A DNA stretch of 20,000 bases from Trichoplax sp. H2 (taxonomy: Eukaryota): the NCBI GenBank assembly GCA_003344405.1, contig NOWV01000279.1, forward strand, positions 48,207 through 68,206, read 5' to 3'. Of this stretch, positions 9,827-20,000 are shown piece after piece. The notes beneath the pieces are model-generated. The model was given only the letters and a program-made list of their open reading frames with translations, was not told where the DNA came from and made no database searches. Position 1 is the first letter of the stretch, and each line of letters starts with the position of its first letter. A program made the translations under genes and the position numbers.

Positions 9827-12800
9827 ATGCAGTCTGACGATTTTACTCATAAAAGGTAGCAATAGTCAAATAAAGTACACCATCAATTATAATGGAAATT
9901 CTATCTCTTAATCATTTACTCTTGCATGCTTATCAATATATAGGCTAGCGGAAGAGAAAAAAACTCTAGGCAATGAAGCATATAAGAAAGGAGACTACAA
10001 AGAAGCTTGCAAGTTTTATACGGAAGCTATAGGTAAAATTCTACATAATTTATTGAAATACTGATCCTTAATTTTATGTCCATTTCATAGAGGATTTTAC
10101 ATCTATAGTCTCTTTACTGTAAAATACGACTAGCATTATTAAATTTAAGATTGATTAAAGAACTTTACTCACAACTCTTGCACGACTAGTCTATCCATGA
10201 TTATATATTTGGTGTTAAGACTAGGCAAAGCGATTGATTTCGTATACATTGTACCTTGCTATGATGCACTTTCGTTCTTGCTCATAAAAACTCAACATTA
10301 TCTAACAACTTTATGATATCTTTACTCAAAAGAGTTGAAGTCAAACAATCCCAACTACCTCTGCAACCGGGCTGCCGCTTTAATGATGTTAAATCGTCAC
10401 AATGAAGCTCTAAATGATGCAGTTAGAGCCATTCAATTTGATGATAATTACGTTAAGGTTAGCCTGCTATTGTAATTAATCGACAACTACTCTACTGCCA
10501 AACTAATAAGGTTTGTTGCAAGTTAGTTGAAGCAATGATGCATATTGACCTCAAAGTAGAAAAGTGTCTTCAGATATTATTTGCTTGAAATTCTGTAAAC
10601 ATAAAGAACTTCTTAATGTATTATGAACAATATCAATCATGTATTAATATCGGTAATTTCGTTAGGCATGCTTGCTTGTATTACGATTTTCAAAGTCTGA
10701 TCAATTACTGATCTAATACTAACATATAGAAATCATAATAGAATGATTCGCCATGCATTCTTTAAACTTCTACCGTCACCTAATACATGTACATCTTTTT
10801 TGTCTTTTAGGGCCACTTACGTGTTGCTAAGTGCTATATGAATTTAGGAAAATTCGATTTGGCCCTACAATCCTTTGCGAAAGTAAGGTCATTAGATCCA
10901 GCCAATAAGCAAGTCAAACATGAGGTAAGTTAATGTCCGATTGTGCATAATTTCCAAACGACTTATAGCTAAGAATAATGCTCATAGTACAAGTAGTTAA
11001 AAAGCGATATTCTTTACGGCAATTCATCAAACATGGATGTATTTTAACGGCGAACCTTAACATTTGTTCTATGATTAACTATATTATTCATTCATCGTTT
11101 AAGATTCAAAATGCCACATCACTCAAATTGTATTTCGAAAACGCTACAAAGCATATGGATAAAGAAGACTATCGACAGGTTTTGAATTTTAGTAATGTAT
11201 TGCTACGGTTGATATTTCTCACTCCGTAAATTGATATTAATATGTTATGATCTAATTTATGTTATGTTAATTAAGTCCTCGAAATAGCTTAAGCTAATAG
11301 GACGAAACATTAAAATCTAAAAGCCTCTTGTTATAACCAATATATTCGAATATAGGTCATATATTGGATCGATAAAGCGCTACAGATTTCACCCAGCTGC
11401 TTACAATTTAAATTTTTAAAAGTCGAAGCTTTGATTAAACGCGGGATCTTTAGCGAAGCCAGCTCTATTGTCAAGTCAGCATGAACTATTACAATGTCGA
11501 TTTTATTAACAGCCATTGTTGAAATATGCATGAATATTTTTCTATATCAATTTTCTTTTTTTGCAATATTCAGTGACGTACTACGAATGAATGATATGAA
11601 TGCAGATGCATTGTATCTTCGTGGACTATGTCTTTACTATCAAGATTATGCAGAAAAAGCGAAGAACCATTTTATGCGCGTACTTAAAGCAGATCCAGAT
11701 CATAAGCGATCTAAGGACTCGCTGAAGGTATACCCTTCTACACAATAGCCATGACTACGTTAGTAATAATAAGTCCTACTTTGCATTTTCTGTTATTTAT
11801 TTATTTGCGAATAATAATTCATCTAGTTAATAAAAAGATTAATCAGTGCGAAGGAAGCTGGTAATGAAGCCTTTAAGAAAGGCAAGTATGAGGAAGCGTA
11901 CAACAGCTACACGCAAGCATTAGAAATTGACCCTTATAACAAGTATATAAATTCGAAATTATACTGTAACAGGGCCACCACACATGCTAAGGTATATAAT
12001 ATTGACACAAAATTTATTTCTAATCTTTAACTAAAATTCGAATTTTTAGTAACATTTTTGTAACTACCTGCATGTATGATTTCATTAGCTCAATAGAGCA
12101 GAAGCAGCAATAGCCGATTGTTCGGAAGCAATCAAATTGGACGATAGCTATGTCAAAGCATACTTACGCAGGGCTAAATGGTATGACGAATGATTACTTC
12201 ATATTTTACCGCTATTTCGAATGGGTACATTTTACGATACGGATAACACTCTTTTTCTTCAGTTATATGGATACTGAACAATACGAAGAAGCGGTTAGAG
12301 ATTATGAAAAGGTACTCCAACTAGATACGTCTCAAGGTAAGTTAGGAAATGTAAGGACAACTACCTTAATACTTCGGATTGTAATGCTCGCTATTAGAAA
12401 ATTGCAAGTTGTACCCTATTCCAAATAATTAAGCCTATGGAATGTATATTTAATCTAATTACAGAACACAAGAGATTGGTAAAAGATGCGAAATTAGAAT
12501 TAAAGAAATCTAAGAGAAAAAACTATTATAAAATTCTTAATGTATCTAAAAATGCTACCGATGACGAAATTAAGAAAGCTTATCGTAAAGAGGCATTAAA
12601 GCATCATCCAGGTACTACCTGACAGTTTTATCTGCCTCGATGGTATCTCAATTTAAGCTATTGTAGTTAACAATTTTTTCTTCTAAATCTAAAGATCGTC
12701 ATGCTAGTGCTACTGAAGAGGAGAGGAAAAAAGAAGAACTATTATTTAAAGAGGTCAAAAAGATGAATTTAGATTAGTGGTTTTGACGTTATTAATATAC

Positions 12801-13287
12801 TAACTGTGGTCGATTTATATTCAACAAGTAGGTAGGAGAAGCATATGCAGTTTTATCCGATAAACAGAAGCGCCATCGCTATGACTCAGGTCAAGACTTG
12901 GAAGATAGTTCATTTGGAGGTTTGTACTTTAATGATCGAAATACTAAAGCTACATTGAAAGACATGTATTGTCATTCAAATCGTTGATTCATAATTAACT
13001 CTTTAAAATTTTACAGCCGATATTAATCCTAATGACATTTTTCAAATGTTCTTTGGTGGCGGTGGTGGTGGTAATCCCTTTGGTGGAGGATCTCGATTTC
13101 GTAATAGTGGGGGTCATGATGATGGTACTTATTTATGATAACATAGTATTACAGCCAACAATTATTATGATTTATTATTAACTTTTATTCAGTTTTAACT
13201 CAATTGATACAATTTACTATGACGCTGACACTTTTTTACTTTTTCATTTTACTAGGATATCCTGGCTTTACGTTTACTTTTGGTTAA
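9827..13287 (+). CDS. DNAJC7: DnaJ homolog subfamily C member 7 (TPR2/TTC2), TPR-repeat + J-domain Hsp70/Hsp90 co-chaperone; 15 coding exons, 489 aa
   Basis: Manually spliced using GT..AG introns with consistent phases: 9827-9855, 9944-10032, 10333-10457, 10811-10924, 11104-11178, 11356-11474, 11574-11727, 11827-11991, 12089-12180, 12263-12336, 12465-12611, 12695-12753, 12832-12919, 13017-13124, 13256-13287 (sum 1470 nt, open, ending TAA). The translation has TPR motifs ([135 protein letters not shown]), a J domain ([36 protein letters not shown]...[26 protein letters not shown]) with an intact HPD motif, and a G/F-rich tail ([18 protein letters not shown]...GFTFTFG*). ATG 9827 is the first in-frame ATG after an upstream stop. 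An extra upstream exon via AG 9817-9818 cannot be excluded. Confidence 0.96.
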
Positions 13288-13372
13288 AATTATTCCTGTT
13301 CATTCTGTATTATTGAGTGCATTTATACTTTTATATTGATTATAATAATACTTGTTAAGTTAATGTAAATGC

Positions 13373-13378
13373 AATAAA
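13373..13378 (+). promoter_or_regulatory. Putative polyadenylation signal AATAAA of DNAJC7
   Basis: AATAAA about 85 nt after the stop codon, followed by a GT/T-rich stretch (gatttgttggattg). Supported by motif and position only. Confidence 0.5.
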
Positions 13379-15868
13379 TATCTATGCGATTTGTTGGATT
13401 GCTCTTCCGTACTAAATGTATTGATATCGTTGAAGATAGTAAGTGAGGCTTTTAACCGTACGATAATTGCTAATCAGTTATCTCTTGAATTAGTAATTTT
13501 TGAATCATACTGATATTATCGATAGCAGTAAAGTAAAGCATTGTTTGAGATGTGAAGGAGGCGTTGATCACATTTGATTCACTGGTGTACCATAAGTATA
13601 GGCAACTACCAAAAGCCGAACAGGAACATCCTTCAATGTAAATGCACAATTTTTGGAAAAAAGTTTGACCGTAATTGATGTACAATTTGTATCCCTAAAT
13701 ACAATATCCAGCTATGGAAAGCTAGAAATAAACTGTATTTTAAACTATTTACCTTTTATTCTAATTGATTAAATGCTAAGTTTATGTCCCTACGATACAA
13801 TCGCATAGTACTTAAGTAGACGTGATCATATGCACCACCGTGCGCGTAGAAATTAATATTAGCAAGACGACCAGTAGAACTATCACGATTTACATTTATG
13901 CATGTTTTGGTTACCCACGTTACGTCTATGTTCCGTGTGAATATTGATCATTTACATCATATCGTAATTCAAAACGATTCGAGATTATTGGGGCAATACG
14001 ATAATATCTCAAGTACTTTTATCAAATATCAACAGTCTTTTAAACCTAATAACACAGTTCTAACTATTAGAAAAGCAGGGATAGAACTGGTAACAGCATA
14101 ATAATTATAATTAATCAATATAATAACCCACTTAAATATCTATCATACGCTGATTCATACATTTAAATAAAGTCCTGTACTCGATAAAGAAATGCTTATT
14201 AGAAGTTTTCCGTAAGAGATTATGATTAAATTTCATTGCTTAATTAAACAGTTTATTTCGACATCATATATAAATGAAATAGTTTGCTTAATCAAGTTAT
14301 AAATGAATTTTCTCTTTAAGACAACACTACTGCCTGGCGATGACAACTAATTTACCATAATAATAAAAATAGTTGTTTAAAGGTTCATTAAATTTATCGC
14401 ACATATCATTTAAGTATTAGTAACTCCGTCGTAGTTCATTTAACTGTCAAACTATTTGTTTCTTCACAGATACGTTAATATCTCAGAATGGTGAATGTTG
14501 TCCGCATGAAAGGAAACTAAGAAAGGAAAGTAGCTATGTTATAGCTCTAAGCTAAAATATAACGTAGTACCTAAGATGATATTGTCAATGTCTCCTGTGA
14601 TAATGATCAAGGTTTATTTCTTTACTCAATACGCCTGTACAGTTGAATTAGGGTTATTTCTTCATAAATTATATATCAGTCAAATTTATATTAGAAACCA
14701 CAACTATTTACGATGAATCACTATACATAGTCTTGCATAATTTCACCCATGATCGATTGCCTCACGAATTACATAAAAAAAATCTTCAATTTTTAGAATT
14801 AGCTAGCAGTTATTGTTGTTAAAGCATGCCGCTATCGTACTGATTCTATCCCAGTATCTATAGTCGAGCTTTCTGAAGAGTGTACATTATACTCCACACG
14901 ATTTCCAAATGCTGGTGTGTGACTAAATTAGTACGTAGGCAGTTTTATTCCTAGATTTGCTGCATATGCCCTATAAGTTACATGATCCTTTAATTTATAT
15001 GACATGATATGAACACGTTGCACACCATCAGTAAATTTCAAAACTCTTAAATTAATGACCCAATTACAAATAGATAGTTTTATTTTTTTTTTTTCAAGTG
15101 ATTCTTAGACCTAATTATAATGAAATATGGCCACTTATATACTGTCCCATTTTATGCGGCATATAATAAATAATCAGAGAGATCGCCCACGTACGATATT
15201 AATGGACATAAATCAAGCTGATAAAACAGAAATATTTGGCAAGCTCTGGTAAGCTGATTCAATAATAATCTATTTTCAGAGGTACTTTTTTGGTTTAGAT
15301 TATTCGTCACAAATTGAAACGAGAAAACCTCAATCTTGCTTATTTTCGAAAATATTTTATTAGTAGCCAGGTAATGCATGTAAAAATTTGACATTAAATT
15401 CGAAGAATAAAACACTTTTCAAGTTTAAACTATAGTTGTAGCCAGAAGAATAGGTAGTAGATGAGTAAAAAACGTACTCTACGCCGGACATCAATGAAAT
15501 CCTAACTATCGCTACATAAGCCTAGTATCAAAACTGTGCAGAAAATAGTTGCTCATTGAGTAAGTAAAGAGGAATATACCTGTGATAGCATTAATTTTAC
15601 TAATATAGTAAATGTTAAGCTATTCCTTTACTTAATATCAGCTAAATGCTAAAATTGCTACTAAGATATATAATAGCTCGGAATTATGCCACATCAATTC
15701 TTTCTTTGGTTACGTTCTAACTTTGCAGGCAGTGGTTGCTTATTGATTGAATAGAGTAGAATTTACTTACTACGGCGTTGATTTTATAACGATAGTAAAG
15801 GTAAGACGTTACTCTATCTAATATCAGCTAATTACTACGATTGCTACAAGATATGTAATAGTACAGCA

Positions 15869-18800
15869 TTACTCCATATTAATTCTTCCTTCAGCTACGT
15901 TATTGAGATCCTGGCTGCTAGTTACAGCTGCTTTTATACTAAAACCGGCAAGTACAATCGCACTTAGTGTGGTAATAGTAGTGAATGCGTAAATGAATCC
16001 GTAATATGTCGTAATAAGACTAGTCTGATAATTCTGGTCAGCCAAAAATTCATAAACACTCATTGCCATCGCTCAAAAACTACCAGCGCTATTGAAAACA
16101 TTGAGCACAAAGTATGGATATTTCTACATTTTAAAACGAGAACAAAGATAGTTCAGAGTTTGAGAATGGATTCTTTTAAACAAATGTAATCAATGCAATG
16201 CCCACTTACTGCTAGTTCGTTGCTAGTAGATTGGATATCGATTCCGTATCTAGCTCCTACATAAGCCTACAGAAATGTTATTAATAATTAAATTATGATC
16301 AAGGTGTCAGGCAGTCCATACAATTTATCAAACTAAAATGATTTTCAATCGCATGATGTATTGCAATCAGTCATCACTATCATTATAAATTTACCATGAC
16401 TGAAACAATTAAAACAGGAAACCCATATGTGGGATAATTCATGACTGCGATATTAAAGATTCCAATCCCACTGACTATGACAGCAGTGCTCAGCATGCCG
16501 GCACTAGTAGTGTCAGTAATAGGTGTATTCCTATAAGTTGGTGTTTTATTTCTGACATCATCGGCAGCTATCATAGTGATTAATGAGATAGTAAATCCAA
16601 GGATAGTAAAGATTGCTTGAGATAGAGTTAAAGCCGTAAAATCGCCTCTTCGCCAGCCCGAATTTATTAGATTGCCAGTGAAGAAAACAAGAAGACGAAC
16701 GATAGAAACAACAGAAGCGGCACCAATTCCGGCGGTATAAGTGGTAAAAATCTTATGCCATATGTTCTAAAGCAATAAATGAAGCCTTTAATTTTCGAAA
16801 GGAGAGTAAAATACACCTTTTTAACTGCTGCCTTTCAACTATCGAATAGAAAGGTAACTTTAAAATAAAATTAAGCTCACCAAATTACGAACACGTTTTT
16901 TTTCAGTAATGATACCTAGGATTCCAGTAGCAAAAAGCTAACGCGCAATTTTTAAATTAGACAATAATTAATTAATTAAAAATAAATAAATGTTACTAAG
17001 CAAATCAATACTACGGATTAGCAGAGTTTCTATTTAGGAGAAGAATAAAGTATTGGTTGATTGAATGCGACTAAATAGACGTATTAAGTATCACTGACCA
17101 GAGCTGCGTGAAGATTAGCAGTTACGACATGATATAAAGGCCAACGTTCCACAAATAGAGTGATCGATATTCCAAAAATGATCAGGCCACATGTCATCAT
17201 CGTCCAGGATAAGGCAGATTTGTTAAAAGGAGTCTGAATCAGTATATAACCATCCTCATCCGAATGAATACGATAAAATTGCTTGACAATCACGTAGATA
17301 GAAATTATTTCTATTATAATTATGCCAAGTACTGCCAATGCCATAGGCACAAAAAAGGCTACCGGTGAATTATAATTGCTTAAAATCAAGACTAGCACCA
17401 TTCTTGTTAGTGTTGCAGGTGATATTCCAGCAGTTATTATCGCTACAGCTGTAAGAGCGCAAGCCTATATTAATGAATATAAAGTAGAGGAATCATCGCA
17501 GTAGATATTAGTTACAGATATCTATTACGGCATTTAACATAAACATCCAGATGAAGTTACTTGTCGAGCTGATGATGAGCAATAAAGTCTAAGTTTGCTT
17601 ACCTCAGTCACAGTGGATGAGATGAAATCTTTAACTTTTAGTAAAAGAACGCCATGAGTAATAGCCTGTAAATTGGATTCATCAAAAAGAATACGAATAA
17701 TTTTGAATAATCATTTGAACAAATCCGTCTCGAAAAGTTCGATTTTATACTGTATAAAATAAAGCTGAAATACTATCGTGGCTGAGGCCAAGAAAATATA
17801 CCATAGTTTATTGGCTTAGTAATTTCGTTGCATAAAATTCGTTACTTTATTTTGCAGTAGCATGTTCCATACAGTTTCGTGAAATTGTGACCAGATTATT
17901 ATCAATTGTATTGTATTAGTAAACTATTTGGCTTCCTTAAATTCTGTGGTTATGTGATAATTTATCTTGACGAAAAATTCTGCTTCGAATATTTTACTTT
18001 TCTATAAAACTAAACTGAAACAGCCACTACGCGTAGTAAATCTTTTTAAGAGTGTATATATCTTTATGATATTAGCCAATGGCCTTATTACGAAGTGAAT
18101 TATACATTGCAATCAAAACAAGACAACAGCTAGATAACTGAAGTTGAAATTCACTAATTCTAACATCATCTACGATGCCGTACTTATCTGCAAAGATTAA
18201 AATTAGTTTCTATAGTATTATCTAAGTAACACACATTGATATTTATTCGGCGCCTTGAATCTTGCTAGTGTAAATTTATTTAACAGAATTTATTCTGCTC
18301 TTGAACTCATGATTTGATAGTTATTTCAATATTCTATATACAGTATCCTATGCTATCTTCTTACTTCAGTATTATGTCTATAAACATTACTAAAACTTTA
18401 TAATTATCTGTTGTAGGTAAGCTAAAACCAGAGTGGCAGTTAACATGCGCTTGCTACCTTACTATTGATACAATATTTGCCTGATGATTTGCACTAGTTA
18501 TACAGCTGTAGTTACACCTGTCGAAGGTTTGGTTTAAAAGTATGATAGAAGTAGAAAGCCAAGTACCATTCGGTAATGTGGCATCCTAAGAATTTGTTCT
18601 ATCGAAAATTTTAAATTCTCATCTGTTAGACTGCTAATTATAAGGGTAAAAATCTTATTTTTACAGCATAGTTCATTTTATTTTAGACTTAAAACTGTTG
18701 TATATTATACCGAATATTATTTTTCGAACTGAGAAGATTAGCAGCGATTCAGTTCTACAATTTACGTATACTGTAGATGCCAATGATCATTTTGTCTTAA

Positions 18801-19022
18801 ACTGACAAACCTTGACGGTAATAAATAAAAACCAATCGTGCTGATTAAAATAAAGAATAAAAATCAACTTACAAAAAGTCCCATAACCCCAAGATCAATC
18901 ATCACTGTATTTTCATGGCTTCGTAACATAGATTGATTAAAAATGAAAGTGAGAAGGCCACTAACTATAACATCTGCAGCTGCTATAAAGAGGCAAATAC
19001 CCATAACGCGTTGCGAACTCAT
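15869..19022 (-). CDS. 12-TM membrane protein made of three tandem MS4A/CD20-like tetraspan modules; 7 coding exons, ~439 codons, with one in-frame TGA at 16075-16073 (possibly a pseudogene or truncated allele)
   Basis: Minus-strand exons with GT..AG boundaries, all introns phase 0: 19022-18873 (MSSQRVMGICLFIAAADVIVSGLLTFIF...MIDLGVMGLF), 17665-17603 (AITHGVLLLKVKDFISSTVTE), 17464-17099 (122 codons), 16937-16881 (LFATGILGIITEKKRVRNL), 16766-16395 (124 codons), 16266-16210 (AYVGARYGIDIQSTSNELA), 16123-15869 (KYPYFVLNVFNSAGSF*AMAMSVYEF...AEGRINME*). About twelve hydrophobic segments fall in three groups of four. LFATGILGIITEKKRVRNL resembles the MS4A TM2-to-cytoplasmic-loop segment. An acceptor at 19032-19031 implies an upstream, probably UTR, exon. 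Family assignment is by eye. Confidence 0.78.
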
Positions 19023-20000
19023 CCTTTCTCCTAAAAGGTATCAGAAATTTTGGTAATGAGTTGAATATATTATTGAAATGATAAGAAAGAGAGAGTATAA
19101 TATACTGTCAAACCTTAATTTGTGAGAACAGCGGTTTTATATTAATTTTTTACTTAAAGTGCGCACGATATTCACCAAATAAGTTGCAAATATCACTATC
19201 AGCTTTGACGGCAATAGCTTAGAAATAAACGGTAAATTAAAGTTGGTGTGGTCTTATAAATAATTATAATACGGTAATGTATAAACAGTGATTAACTATA
19301 CCGGTATGTATTAAGTGATTGGCTATTATGTTGCCATAGCACTATAATTAATCCAATATGAGAATAAAGGATCTTAATTAGGCTAAATAAAAGTTGCTGA
19401 ATGGTAGACTTTTGTAGTATAGTCTTACTTTCAACTCTACAATATGATTTATTGTACTAAAGTAACTTTTAAGGCCAAGAATTTGATTATACCTCGCATA
19501 TTTTGTTACACTATTCGTTATTTTGCAATAAATTGCATAAACCCTTAAGAAAAGCAAATTAAACTCTCTTTTAATTTTCATCCTAAATGCAGAAATCCTT
19601 TTTATGTGACATAGAAAGCATCAACTAATGCCATTTCTTAAATAGAAGTATTTGACTATTAAGTCTTGTAGATGTGTAGTTTAGGTAAAATTTAGATAGA
19701 TTTCGAAGTCTTTATTTCAGTATCTTAGAATACAGTGTCTTATATACTGTACAGTTCTTAAGTTCTTTTTAATTAATCTTCTTACTTGAAACGTCTTATT
19801 ATAATCATAATTAAATCGTCATTAGAAATACTTTCCTAACTAAACAATCAATAAATCTAATATTGCGGAACTGCCTATTTAAGACGATATTACTCCGTAT
19901 AACTCTACGTCATAAATGGCCAAAATGTAGCAATCAATCCTCACTATTGTGAATGTAAGGTAAAACTATAAAGTTATTTCAAAATTTCTAGGCCATACTG

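Noticed and set aside
11331..11531. Minus-strand 66-aa ORF
   Set aside because: Antisense shadow of DNAJC7 exon 6.
10978..12622. Plus-strand ORFs 10978-11229, 11494-11748, 12150-12428 and 12437-12622 as separate genes
   Set aside because: Each is a DNAJC7 exon read through into flanking intron sequence.
13470..15415. ORFs 13470-13685, 13898-14101 and 15152-15415
   Set aside because: Short, with no recognisable motif, and they could not be joined into a consistent spliced model. At most they are decayed remnants.
15500..15560. SECIS element for the in-frame TGA (minus strand ATGAGCAACT...AGTTTTGAT)
   Set aside because: The stem is too short and there is no apical AA motif, so it does not fit canonical SECIS geometry by eye.
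19378..19581. Minus-strand 67-aa ORF
   Set aside because: Composition typical of AT-rich non-coding DNA, with no motif and no splice support.

Overview
AT-rich eukaryotic genomic DNA with short GT-AG introns. The gene architecture suggests a compact, early-branching animal genome such as a placozoan (Trichoplax-like); this is inference, not a database result. The window has three zones. (1) 1-~9600 contains no convincing protein-coding gene. It has many homopolymer runs, CAGTA/TACTG palindrome-rich tracts and a G>C to C>G strand-skew reversal. It also holds a ~1.5-1.6 kb block present twice on either side of a 20-N gap, most likely two unmerged haplotypes, each with a three-unit hairpin-containing tandem array whose unit length differs between the copies (156-160 vs 118 bp). 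(2) 9827-13287 (+) is a complete 15-exon DNAJC7/TPR2 co-chaperone gene (489 aa, TPR repeats + J domain + G/F tail). (3) 19022-15869 (-) is a 7-exon gene missed as a whole by the ORF track. It encodes a ~439-codon, 12-TM protein made of three tandem MS4A/CD20-like tetraspan modules, with an in-frame TGA in module 3 and possible traces of a decayed fourth module downstream.
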